A DNA stretch of 64,000 bases from Octopus vulgaris (Eukaryota), in assembly GCA_951406725.2 (NCBI GenBank), contig OX597822.1:87234001-87298000 (forward strand), in the 5' to 3' direction. Positions 25,478 to 38,504 of this stretch are shown in pieces. Position numbers and translations under genes: made by a program. How positions within the stretch are numbered: the stretch's first letter is position 1; the number at the start of each line of letters is the position of its first letter. The notes under the pieces are model-generated. The model was not told the DNA's origin, searched no databases, and saw only the letters and a list, made by a program, of their open reading frames with translations.

Positions 25478-26252
25478 GTACTGTTTCATATATATCAAGG
25501 CATGAATTTCATTCAGGTATTACAAGCTCCTAGAAGTGCAAATCACATCTAAGATCCCCACGAGTCACCTGTATTTTTAAAACATGTCTATGAAAAGCAT
25601 TTTTCTGAGAGAAATGCCTTTCTACAGCATATATATATATTCTAATAAGTTTAATTAATAAAAGTACGTTTTATTAATTAAACTTACAAACATTACAAAG
25701 ATTTATTAGCAAAACATTAGCAGACGTATTCTCCTGAAAGATAGCTGGTTATTAGAATAAGCAGAAACGTTTATAAGACAAAACTAAATTCTAAAACAAA
25801 ATCAGAACTCTTAAATAGATTTACTTGATAAATTATAGAAATATGAATTCTGGTCTGTCAGTCCGGCCTGAAATTTTGACTCTGACCTCTTCATAAAAGA
25901 AGGTGAGCAAAGTTTCAGGTGTAGTTGATGGCCCAAAAAATCATCCTTTCTATTTAGAAATGTAATACTGGCTTCAAGACATGATCTTTTCCTCGATGTG
26001 TTGTACTCTACCATATACCCCCCACCCCCCACCGTTCATTTCATAATTTTCTCTCTTTCATTTACTTCATCTGATTTTAAAAACTGAACAACATGAATGA
26101 CCAACGCTAAGTCGGTTACTCTCCAATCAGCTTATTAGTTGCATTTATTAATTTAGTATTCTATTATATTTCTTGTGTATATATATGTATGCGTGTATAT
26201 ATATATACATATGTGTATGTCTATGTATTTTGTATGTATTGTGTATGTGTGT

Positions 26253-26318
<66 letters not shown>

Positions 26319-26321
<3 letters not shown>

Positions 26322-27122
26322 AGATGCATTCCAGAAGATTTGAAACTTTTTCAAGAGAAATATTTATTAATTTTAATGAAGTACAAAACTCTAACCATCT
26401 TCTAACTTCGATGCACATGTTGTTGGATTTCCTCCCTCTTGTGAAGGTCCCATGAGAATCATCCAAAATGAAGGTGTCCAGGTCCTTTGTCACAGCCTCT
26501 TTCATCTTCTCAATGTTATTCAAAATAGCTGCCCCCCTGTGGTTCTCTTTCAATTTGTGGACTGTTGGGAGGTTGAGGGACAGTTTTTGGATGCCTCTCT
26601 CTGTCAATTGGTTCGTTCCCAGGATGGAATTGTGGACTGGTGTATTGTCCTTTTGCTCTTTTGTTGACCATCTGGCTAGGGGCAACCCAATGCATGCAGA
26701 TGATGCCCTTACTATTGGAAGAAAAAAGGGATCATTAGCTTTCTGATGGGACTTGCTTTGCCTGGCCTCTTGTGTCTTGGCTCCTACAATTTAATCCACA
26801 ACAAATCTGGAGCATTTCAGAAGTCTCTGTAGCAATTTTTCCCAGTTGAACACAAAACTTTATTGCAAGTTTTTAGTTTGTCTTCACATCCTGACTGCAT
26901 TCTGCAAAATGGTCAGCTGTAACAAGCAATGCTTAGGTATGCTCAAAGTGTTGTTACAGCTCTCCCTTTCAGTTTGGAATGGAAAGTTAGCAGGTCAGCT
27001 TATTTATTATATAGTAATATTATACATCTAATAATCGAGAGCAGTTATAACGAAATAATTTAGGACATTTATACCTGTCGCTCCTAAAACAAAGTCTCAA
27101 AACGTCTGGAATGCACCTTCTA
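26319..27122 (-). mobile_element. Decayed mariner-like element with TIRs
   Basis: Inverted termini agatgcattccagaagatttgaaacttt / aaagtctcaaaacgtctggaatgcacct; C-terminal IEKMKEAVTKDL motif. Confidence 0.7.
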
Positions 27123-27675
27123 TGTATGTGTGTATGTGTGTACACACATGCACATATAAAACAAAGCTGGAGATTAGAAAAAGATTTGGGGAAGATTTAA
27201 TCACCATTATTAGTTTTGTTCTTTATTCACCCCTCCAACTATTAGTGAGACTCCTGATTGCTGACTATATAAATAAAGGCTTCATTGAAATGTAAATTTT
27301 GTAGTATTTGATTGTCTGTCTGAAGGAGGTATCTTACATGTTTCACACTTTTGTAACTCCCATTAGCAAACGAAACATATGTAATGGTGAATAAATTGTA
27401 CCAACAATATTTTCCAGTCTCTTGTTTTGATGTGAAATTACTCTGTAAAAAATATTTTCCAGTATTATTCTACTTTTATGCATGCCTCACACAAATGTAA
27501 CATCTACATACAACTTTAGAGTCCTGAAATAAATAGATGTCTTTCAAGGAAACACAGCTTGGATTTTAATCCTATCTATATAATTATATATATTAATTCA
27601 TGTATGCATATGTGTGTGAGTGAATTGTCCATGTATATATATAAATTTTGTATGTATATATATATATATATATAA

Positions 27676-28600
27676 TCATCATCATCATTTAATGTCCGTT
27701 ATCCAGGCTGGCATGGCTTGGATGGTTTGACCAGGCTGGCAAACTGGAAGGCTGCACCAGACTCCAGTCTGATTTGGCATGGTTTTCTACAGCTGGATGC
27801 ACTTCCTAACGCCAACCACTCCGTGAGTGTAAAAGTGCTTTTACATGCCACTGGCACGGGTGCCAATTCATGTGACACCAGTATCTGCCAAGACTGATTT
27901 TGCTTGGCTTGATGGGTCTTCTCAAGCATGACATAATGCCAAAGGTCTCGATCATTGCCTCCATGAGGCCCAACACTCGAAAGGAACTCAGCCACTTTGC
28001 CTCCATGAGGCCCAACGCTCAAAAAGTGTTCTTTACATGTCACCAGTACAGGTGCACTTGGTTTGATGGGTCCTTTCAAGCACAGCATGTCACCAAAGGT
28101 CTCGGTCAATACTCATTGCCTCTGTGATGCTCAAAGTTCAAAGATAGTGCTTCACCACCTCATCCCTCCACAGTTAGAGATTGGCACTTCTTTATACACC
28201 TGTCCTCGTCCATATTCATCATATGACCATACCAGCACAGCCATCTCCCTTGCACACTACATCTGATGTCTATATCATCATCATCATATATCCATTTTCC
28301 ATGCTGGAATGGGTTGGACGGTTTGACTGAGCTCTGGAGAGCCAGCGGCTGCATCAGGCTCCAATTTTATCTGGCAATATATCTACAGCCAGATGCCCTT
28401 CCTAATGCCAACCACTACACAAGTATGGTGGATGCTTTTTATGTGCCACTGGCACAGGAACCAGTAAGGCAGGCCTGGCATCGATCACATCCACATAGTG
28501 CTTTTTATGTGTCACCGGCATGGGAGCCAGTCAAGGGGTACAGGCATCAGCCATGTTTGGATGGTGCTTTTTACGGCAGCCAGTCAGGTGGTAGGGGCCA
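27676..28600 (-). mobile_element. Tandem RTE-PHD LINE 3' fragments
   Basis: LCWYGHMMNMDEDRCIKKC..LTVEG plus shared 3' UTR core and (CAT)n. Confidence 0.75.
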
Positions 28601-28794
28601 TATATACCTGTGTGTGTGTATTATGTATGTATATGTTTATATAAATTGGATGGGAGCATAATTAATAACCGTTTTATATTATAAATTTATTCAAAAATAA
28701 AACACAAAAATAAAGTAGAATGATCATTAATTATGCACCAACCCAATATGTCTATGGATATATATATGTATGTATTATGTATTATGTATATGTG

Positions 28795-28851
<57 letters not shown>

Positions 28852-29444
28852 ATTGTAGGCAAGAAGACCCCACAGCACAAGTGTTAAGGCTGCTCCCCCT
28901 GATGGAAGGGATTGGCCTGCAAGAGTGCTGAGCTGGTGCCACATTAGAAGAACCCAGCTCCCTCTGTAAAGTGGTCAGCATTAGGAAGGGCATCCAGTCA
29001 TAGAAACTGTGCCAAATCAGACTGGAGCATGTTGCAGCTCGCCTGCTTACCAGTTCTGGTCACACTATCCAAGCCATGCCAGCATGGAAAGCAGACTTTA
29101 AATGATGAAGATAATAATACTGATGATATGTAAGTGTGTGTGTGTATATCATCATCATCATCATCATCATCATTTAACGTCCGTTCTCCATGCTAGCATG
29201 GGTTGGACGGTTCGACCGGGGATCTGGGAAGCCAGAAGGCTGCACCAGGCCCCAGTCTGATCTGGCAGTGTTTCTACAGCTGGATGCCCTCCCTAACGCC
29301 AACCACTCTGTGAGTGTAGTGGGTGCCTTTTACGTGCCACCGGCACAGGTGCCAGGTGAGGCTGGCAATGGCCACGATCAGATTGGTGCTTTTTACATGC
29401 CACCGGCATGGAAGCCAGTCAAGGTGGCGCTGGCATATATATAT

Positions 29445-30055
29445 CCTTCCTTCCTTCGGCATCCGTACGTCTCGAGAGACGATGGTGTAGATTGAAAAAT
29501 GTGGTGGGTTTATCTGCACTTCCTGGTGTGGCTGTGCAGACCAATCATCGAGTGGCAGTCTCTACCACATCTGGTGCAAGTGAAAGGGGATGAGAGCTGT
29601 GATTGCTGCTGCTGCTCCTTTTGCCTGGTTCTCTTTAGTTTGGCAGTAGTGGTCCTCAGGTTCTCTGCTGTCATTGCACCGTGCTTGACACTGTATCGCC
29701 AGGCGCTTCTGTCAGCAGCAGCATCGGATTCCCATGTTTTGGTGTTGATCTGGCATAGCTTTAGGTCCTTCTTGCAGATATCCTTGAAGCGCAGTTTGGG
29801 GCGTCCAATTGTTCTGGAGCCTTCCCCTAGCTGTCCATACAGTAGGTCCTTTGGAATCCGTCCTGCATCCATTCGGCTGACATGACCTAGCCACCGAAGA
29901 CACCTCTCACAGAGTGATGTTTGCATGCTGTACATGTTGGCATGGTCCAAAGCCTCTGTGTTAGTGATCTTGTCCTGCCATTTGATATGGAGAATGCGCT
30001 GCAGGCACCTTAGGTGGCAGCTATTGAGTTGTTTCTTGTGTCGGGCGTAGGTGGT

Positions 30056-30057
<2 letters not shown>
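29445..30057 (-). mobile_element. RTE/BovB-like LINE 3' end
   Basis: LRWLGHVSRMDAGRIPKDLLYGQL..GRPKLRFKD..CTRCGRDCHS.IGLHSH; (GAAG)n tail; inserted in (TA)n. Confidence 0.85.
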
Positions 30058-30109
<52 letters not shown>

Positions 30110-30186
30110 ATGATGATGATGATGAAAACCATCTCAGAGATACAAGTATCCAAAATACTACCAGTATATTTACTACCTATATTTAA

Positions 30187-30411
30187 CCCTTTCATTACTG
30201 TATTTATTTTGAGATGTTCTGTGTTTCTTTCAATTACTTTTTAAAAATATAACAAAGAATTTAGTAAAATAACTTAGCTATCATGAGGCTTGTGTTAGGA
30301 ACATAAATTGTGACTAAGGTTTGGTGGAAGATTTTAATTAAAACCTTATGAAAACAAGGCATTTGTACAACAGAGCCAAAGCTGGTTTCAGCTGGGTTGG
30401 TAACAAAAGGG
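30187..30411. mobile_element. piggyBac-like MITE
   Basis: TTAA target duplication at 30183 and 30412; TIRs ccctttcattac / gtaacaaaaggg. Confidence 0.75.
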
Positions 30412-30697
30412 TTAAACATGGGCAAAAGTGTTATGCTCATGAATTATAGGTAAAGCCAAGGGTAAACAGTTCATCAGGAATTAAAATTTAAAGAAAACAG
30501 AAAATGGAAACAATCTTTTTGTAAATTATTAATAAATAATAATTGATGTGAATCAATTGTTGTTCATCAATATTATCTCCATTTTCTGTTTTCTTTAAAT
30601 TTCTCTTTCTCTCTCTCTCTCTTTCTCTCTCTCTCTATATATATATATATATAAACACACACACAAATGCATATATATACATACACACATACACAAA

Positions 30698-30788
<91 letters not shown>

Positions 30789-31289
30789 GTATGTATATTT
30801 TTTTATTCATGGATTAACAAGGCTACCAAAGATTTCATATACAGCGAAATCTCTCAACATGAGAATGTTGGTATACAGGTCACAAGAGGTAGTTTATAAG
30901 AAAATTGTAATGGATGTTTTCATAGCATTAGCCCTGGTATCTTTGTAATGAACTGCATTCACCATAGATGAATTAATTCCTTAATTATTTTACATGAGAA
31001 AACTTGTGCATGTCCAAATTTATAGAGATAAATACACGTATGTGTGCATGCGTATCCATGCAAAATATGTGCACGCATGCACACACATACACACACACAT
31101 ATGTCTACATATATACTGACACCAAACTTGGTTAATAGGGGTTCCTTCCCCTACATGCACAAGCAGCAAATAACACTTCAAAATTCCAAGTACAACACCC
31201 TACCCTAATCCTTTTCACCACCACTCCAACCTGGATAAGATTTTCTCTGGACATGAATTATACATACTATTTGGACATTATGCAGATAC

Positions 31290-32270
31290 CCCTAGTCCTT
31301 ATGAGAGGGCTAAGGGTAGACGAGTTGCTGGTGAAAGCTGTACAGACCTTGTACAGTGATGCTGTCAGTAAGGTGAGAGAGTTAACCATGAATACGGTGA
31401 AGAATTTGATGACAGGTAGGCATTCATCAAGGTTCAGTCCTCAGCAGTCCCCTCCTCTTCATCATTGTCCTCCAAGCCATAACAGAAGAATTCAAGACCA
31501 GCAGTTCCTAGGAACTACTGTACGATGGTGATCTTGTCCTCATAGCTGATTCCATATCAGAGCTAGATGAAAAACTCCAAGTATGGAGGCAAAAACCTGG
31601 AATCTAAGGGCCTTAAGTTTAACTTAGCAAAGATTAAGGTCCTAATAAGCAAGAAAGATAGAACCCTACTCCCTTCAGGTAGGCGGCCCTGCTTGATTTG
31701 TAGGATAAGTGTAGACAGGAACTCCATATGGTGTACTCAGTGTAAGCTATGGACATACAAGAGGTGCAGTGGGTTAATCAGAAGGTTATCAGAGAAAGTA
31801 ATGTTGATATGTGGAAGATGCACAGGCACCATAAAAACTACAGAGACTTGGTGGCTCATTAGAGGTAGTGGATAATTTCTGCTGCTTAGGGGACCATATT
31901 AGTTGTTGGGGTGGATGTATGGAAAGTGTAATAGCTACAATAAGAATAGGATGGAGGAAATTCAGAGTGATTATACTTCTGTTGGCTACCAAAAGTTTCT
32001 CTTTCCAATCAAAAGGGAGACTGTATGAAGCATGTATATGGACAGTGATTCTTCATGGTAGAGAGACATGTGCCCTGGATGCATTGGACATGCAAAGGTT
32101 AGAGAGGAATAAGGCTAGGATGTTCTGCTAGTGTACATGTGTGACAAAGTGCCAGTGTTGTGAGAGAAAAGTTGGGCATAAAAGGAATTTTAGATTCAGT
32201 GTGCATGAAAGAAGACTGTATTGGTTCAGTAATGTGATGCAGATGGGTGTCGACAATTCCATAAATTCTA
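31290..32270 (+). mobile_element. RTE-PHD LINE fragment, decayed
   Basis: GIHQGSVLS, LESKGLKFNLAK, PCLIC..SIWCTQCKLW..RC, FCCLGD motifs. Confidence 0.8.
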
Positions 32271-33199
32271 CAGCTTAATGCCCTTCCTAATGCCAACCAT
32301 TCCAAGAGTGTAATGGATAGTTTTTATATGCCGTTTACATGACCCTGGCAACAGCCACGACTATGATTTCACTTGGCTTGACAAGTCAAAGAAAGCTTTA
32401 GGATTTGATGCAGCACTGGTGCGGGTGCATTTTATGTGGCACCAGCACCTGTAAAGTGCATTTTATGTGGTACCAGCACCTGATTGTACTTGATGTGATG
32501 CATCTTCTCAAGTACTGTAAATTGCCACATCTCCTGGTCCCTTGTCATAGCTTCAGTGGACTTCAGTGTCTGAAGATCCTTTCTCACCATGTCATCCCAT
32601 GTCTTCCTGGGTTCCACAGGTTCCCTCCACAATTAGAGCTCAGCACTTCTTTACACAGTTGTCTTCATTTATATGCATCACATGACCAAACCATCACAGT
32701 CTTCTCTCTTGCACACAACATTTGATGCTTCTTATACCCAGTTTTCCTCTTAAATCATTTACACTCGGTCATGCATACACACTGTCATTACCCATCCAGC
32801 AGAGCATGCTAGCTTCATTTCTTTCAAGCCTTAGCAAGTCCTCTGTAGTCAAAGCCCATGTTTCACTGCTATGTATATATTATGTAAATATAGGCACAGG
32901 AGTGGCTGTATGGTAAGAAGCTTTTTTTTTAACCACATGGTTCTGCGATCAGTTCTACTATGTAGCACCTTGGGCACCACATGGTTCTGTGATCAGTTCC
33001 ACTACATAGCACTCGGGCCAACCAAAGCCTTGTGCGTGGATTTGATAGACGGAAACTGAAAAAAGCCTATCATATATATATATATATATATGCATACACA
33101 CACACACACACATACACACACACACACACATACACACACACACACACATGTACAGTGTATACTGCTGTCATACTCAACCTCAGTTTGTGACAACTTAAT

Positions 33200-34750
33200 A
33201 ATATATATTTGCTGTAGTTGTATACACAACATGTGTCATTCACCAAATACCTCAAAATATGATGGTAAATTTGAGGATCACCTCAGACACAGAAGAGCTA
33301 TTGACAAACCTGGATCAACACATCAATATCATCATCCTCCTAGGTGACTTAAATCTCCAAAATGTTAAATGGCCAGAAGGCCACATCCTCTCTGGGGTGT
33401 CACTGCTTGGACAAAAGCTTGTAGAATCATTACTTGAACTTTCTAATATGCTGTTCATGGAACAAATGGTACTCCAGCTAACCAGGGATAATGACATCTT
33501 GGATCTCTGCTTCACAAATAATGTGAACCTTATCCATAATATGAAGGTGGCACCTACAGCACTCTCAGATTACAACATTTTTGAACTAACACTGTATGGT
33601 CCTTAGATGAACTTTTAGCATCTCTCCTATCAGGAGGGCTCAAGCTACATCCAGCTTGAATTTCAATAAAGCAGAATGGAAATCAAACAACAAAGAGATC
33701 TATGAATGAAACTAGTTCGACATTCTATCTATGCAACTCATCGACTTAAAACTCAGTCAGTTTATGTCAATAATATCAAACTATATGCATTAAATACACC
33801 CCAGAAAAAAAAAGAAGTCCAGCATACCAACAAACGAAATTCCTAGAGACAGGAAAATCCATATGAGATACAGATAAAACATCTAGAATGGAGAAATCTA
33901 TTTTGAGATGGACACTCCTGGAAATCGAAAACAAAATCAAACTCTCTCATGGAAAGGTAAGAGCAGAGGGAGAGAGAGGGAGAAAGAGAGAGCTGTTGAA
34001 TACATTCAAACAAACCCTAAAGCTTTCTATAAGCAAATAGCTACAGTAGAATATAAAATAGGACCATTGTTCCAAGGGCAGGACTCAATGGCTGCTCACT
34101 GAAAAAGGATAAATGAAGTGCTCAGTGAACATTTAACAATATGTTAACTTCCCCTCTGGGACACATGCAAATAAAAAACCTGGCTGAATTCTTAAATATT
34201 GCAGCCCTACAGATGAAGGTGGTAACCAGTAATTACATTAACATTGAAGAGGCAGAGGTAACAGTGGCCATAGATGAAATGAGCTCAAGTTCAGTAACTG
34301 GTCCTGATGGCTTCCCAGTTGTTCTCCTGAAGTCATGTAAGCTGGCTTTAGAGAAATTACTTCAGATTCTTATTCAGAGATGCTTATTCAAATGGTAAAC
34401 TTCCTAAAAAAGATAAAAGAAGGTATTATATGCCCTATCCAGAAAGGTGAGAGCAGCGCTAAAATCTACAGGCCAATCTCTGACTTCCCATATCAGTAAA
34501 GTCATGAAGCAAATAATCAGAAAGAAATTTGATAATATTCCTGGAATAAAATGACTTGCTGAACAATTCACAGCATGGCTTCTGTCCATGAAGATGCTTC
34601 CTGACACAGCTCTTACTGCACTATGACTGTGTTTTGATACAGCTGCATGGTATATCTTGACTTCCCAAAGGACTTTGGTAAGGTAGGTCATGGCATGAGA
34701 TGTCACAGGCTGCGAGACCTTGGCACAGCTGGTAAACTGGGCTATATTTG
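33200..34750 (+). mobile_element. CR1-clade LINE ORF2 fragment (APE + RT N-terminus), decayed
   Basis: ILLGDLNL..VKW, TRDNDILDLCFTN, GPDGFPVVLLKSC and YRPISLTSHISKVM motifs. Confidence 0.85.
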
Positions 34751-35199
34751 AAAAACAGATCAGGTTTGTTAGCTAGATGGGTTGGTAGCTAGATGAGAAT
34801 TTAACTGTAAAATTATGTCCAAAATGTCTCCTTCCTATCCATGTTAGCTTGGAAATATAGATGTCAATCAAATGAATAAGTAAGTGTGTGTGTGTGTGTG
34901 CTTAAGCTGTTGTGATGAGTTGTGTTCCTTTATGTGAAATAGTGATTCAATCCGTAGAGATGGGTAAAATGAGAACGTAATTAGCAAACTGAAATAATCC
35001 CTGGGGTTGATATGATTAACTAAACCACTTAAATTTTTACTCCAGTATAACCACAGACCTGTGAATGAAGTCCTTGAAGGAACATTGTGTGGTGAATACA
35101 TTACACAAATATGTAAAGCACATTTGTGTCCCTGTATATACACAATTCCCATCGTGAGACATTATATTCAGAATATGTCTTATTTTTCTTTTATGTCAG

Positions 35200-35300
35200 C
35201 GAAAATCGACCAACGAAGTCCATGCAATATATCTATACTAAAACATTCAACCCTGATGAAAATGTTGTGAAAATATTTTTACCATCTGGAGAACTGGAAA
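35200..35300 (+). CDS. PKD1L1: PKD1L1-like exon: SENRPTKSMQYIYTKTF...KIFLPSGELE
   Basis: ttttatgtcAG / GTatgg; phase 2/1; follows an 11-kb intron. Confidence 0.8.
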
Positions 35301-35710
35301 GTATGGTTTCTTTCTATTTATTCAATTAATATTAATTTATGAACACTGACAGCTTTTTAACTATACATACTTATGTGTGTACATATGCATGTATGGATGT
35401 GTGTGTGTGTGTGTGCGACTTGTTTTATTTATATTTCCTGAGCGCCATACTAATACAATTGTTTGTTTGTTTTCCACCTGCCTTCGTCTTTTGTCTATTT
35501 TCATAAAGCTTCCCATTATATATATATATATATGTATGTGTATGTATATAGGTACAGGCATGGCTGTGTGATAAGAAGTTTGCTTCCCAACCACATGGGT
35601 CTGAGTTCAGTCCCACTGCGTGGCACCTTGAGCATGTGTCTTCTACTATAGCTTTGGGCAAATCAAAGCTTTGTGAGTGGATTTGGTTGATGGAAAATGA
35701 AAGAAGCCAA

Positions 35711-35746
<36 letters not shown>

Positions 35747-36008
35747 ATGCGTGTGTGTGTGTACATGCATGTGTGTGTGAGTGTCTTTTTGTCTGTGTTT
35801 GTTCCCCCACCCCCACTGCTTGACAACTGCTGTTGTCAACTAAAAACTTCTTCAAGGCAGTGCCCCAGCATGGTCGCAGTTAATTACTGAAACAATTAAC
35901 TAGAAAGATGCATTTTGAATATAGTGAGTTGAATATTTCTTCCGAAACAAAAAGAGATCACATCTTAATTGATCATTGACAGATTCAACATAGCGACATT
36001 TGTCTGTT

Positions 36009-36041
<33 letters not shown>

Positions 36042-36267
36042 ATAGTTTTTTTTAAATACATGTATTTTTTTAAAATACATGTGAATATGCAATTTTGTTT
36101 TTTGTTTTTGTGTGCATGGGTGTGTTAACACATTTAAAAACAAAGAAACTGTTAGATTTGCATGTATAACACTTTTCAATATGCTTAATGGTAAGTAAAT
36201 CGATTTATTTCCTAAAATTCTTTTCTTAATTGTGAGAGTATGAAATGTTAAGTATAATTTATATTAG

Positions 36268-36487
36268 AGATTGTTTGCCAACATAACATGGCAGTCCTGA
36301 TTTAGGACGAATGTTGCCATAATTTAGCCCCAGGAGACATCGTCTCCAGCTGGCTACACAACACGATCTGTGTCCTTATATTTTCGAACATATAAGGTCA
36401 CAGATCGTGTCATATAGCCAGCTGGGGCTAAATTACAGCAACATTCGTCCTAAATCAGGACTGCCATGTTATGTTGGCAAACAATCT
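36268..36487. repeat. Fold-back (inverted) repeat, ~100-bp arms; single-arm copy at 45413..45530
   Basis: agattgtttgccaacataacatggcagtcc... / ...ggactgccatgttatgttggcaaacaatct. Confidence 0.9.
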
Positions 36488-36599
36488 TTACTACAAAGTA
36501 CTGTTACTGAATATCTCTCATGAGACTTAAAAATAGTAATTTTCTAATTTATATTAATTTATTAAAAGTTATTTCCTAGTTACTTAGTCATAACATAAC

Positions 36600-37499
36600 A
36601 CTCCATCAGTTACAACGACGAGGGTTCCAGTTGATCCTTCTCGTGAAGTTAACTTGTAAGTGGCTGAGGACTCCACAGCCATGTGTACCCTTAACGTAGT
36701 TCTCAGAGAGATTCAGTGTGACACAGAGTGTGACAAGGCTGGCCCTTTGAAATACAGGAACAACAGAAACAGGAAGAGAAAGTAGTGGTGAAAGAGTACG
36801 GCAGGGTTTGCCACCCACCCACCTTCCCTCCCAGAGCCTCGTGGATCTTTAGGTGTTTTTGCTCAATAAACACTCACAACACCAAGTCTGGGAATCGAAA
36901 CTGTGATCCTACGACTGTGTTATAAAATGCTGTCTGAGTTGTTTTTCATTGCATGAAACTTTTAGTAGCTCATAAAAATAAATACTGTGTTTATTAAATA
37001 ATATTTATCTCTCATCAGAAGGAGTATTTTTTTTATTTTGTTGACCTTACCATCACAAAACAGTACATTACACATGCACACACGAATATGTGTGTGTGTA
37101 TATAATTTATATACATGGAAGGAAGCACTCCATCGGTTCCGACGACGAGGGTTCCGGTTGATCCGATCAACGGAACAGCCTGCTCGTGAAATTAACCTGT
37201 AAGTGGCTGAGCACTCCACAGACACGTGTACCCTTAATGTAGTTCTCAGGGATATTCAGCGTGACACAGAGAGTGACAAGGCCGGCCCTTTGAAATACAG
37301 GTACAACAGAAACAGGAAGTAAGAGTGAGAGAAAGTTGTGGTGAAAGAGTACAGCAGGGATCACCACCATCCCCTGCCGGAGCCTCGTGGAACTTTTAGG
37401 TGTTTTGCTCAATAAACACTCACAACGTCCGGTCTGGGAATCGAAACCATGATCCTACGACCGCGAGTCCACTGCCCTAACCACTGGGCCATTGCGCTT
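36600..37499 (-). mobile_element. Two tandem tRNA-derived SINEs, family C (36600..36920 truncated; 37115..37499 full)
   Basis: A box TGGCCCAGTGG and B box GGTTTCGATTCC on the minus strand; the two copies align. Confidence 0.85.
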
Positions 37500-37600
37500 C
37501 CTTTTATATACATATTCATATACACACACACACATACACACTCACCTGTATGAGGAAGGAAAAGAATAAAAGTAATGTATTTTGTTTTCCATTTCTGTAG

Positions 37601-37796
37601 ATGGCACTTACTACCTCAGTATTGTGGATGCCACATACAATGAAGGACGTCCACGACGGGGTGTAGCAACACATCGCAATTACACACTGAAACTGTGGTG
37701 GGGACAGTGTTTATTTTGGAACAAAACTGACTCAATGTGGTCAGACAGTGGTTGTACTGACACCAGTGAATCAACACCAAAGTGGACTCAGTGCAA
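37601..37796 (+). CDS. PKD1L1: PKD1L1-like exon, GPS N-half: NGTYYLSIV...GQCLFWNKTDSMWSDSGC...TQC
   Basis: tttctgtAG / GTaaga; C-x2-W-x6-W-x4-C GPS motif. Confidence 0.95.
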
Positions 37797-38504
37797 GTAA
37801 GAGGTTTTCTCTAATTACAATCAAAAAACTTCTTTTTTATTTATTTTCTTTTCATCTTGAACCTTATCATTGATTTGACAGGTTTTCCTCGCCTATTTCC
37901 CCCATAAAACAGCTGACTTTAAATAGGCATAAGAGCTCTGTTGAAAGTTGACTTCCCTTAAACGATTCCCTATATTGAATCAGTATATCAAGTGCTCTGA
38001 AATGTTTTACTAAAATAATGTGCACAGCTAAAATAATGTACAATGTGGGTTCATTCATTCCTGCTATACAAACCATTTTCATTTGACAGTCTAGTCTGGC
38101 TAGATTGTTCATCTTAGTCTTTCCATTATAAGCTAAAGGAAACAGCTCTGCATACCTGCTGGTAATTCAATATGTGTGTGTGTGTGTATACATACACAAA
38201 TGCATATATATATATATATTTGTAAATATATATGTATATATTTATGTATATGCTAGCATGGAAAACGGACGTTAAACGATGATGATGATGTATGTATACA
38301 CACACATACACAATAGCTGTCTAAGAATCCATAAATCAGAAAAAAATGCGCTTGCATATATTGTCAGTAGAGTAGGTGTATTAATCAAAGTACTGTACAG
38401 TATTATATATCCGTAGCGGCTGATCTTAGCGATCAGTTTCGCACTAGGGGTCCAACTAAGCAGTAAGATCGATGATAATGGATCTATAATACTGCACGCT
38501 TTGA

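Noticed and set aside
37430-37499. tRNA genes (also 53769..53840)
   Set aside because: A/B boxes are present but there is no proper cloverleaf; these are SINE heads continuing into repeat bodies.
38410-38450. CTGATC-ttagc-GATCAG hairpin next to TTTCG
   Set aside because: No CUGANGA partner and no UH triplet on either strand; isolated small hairpin.
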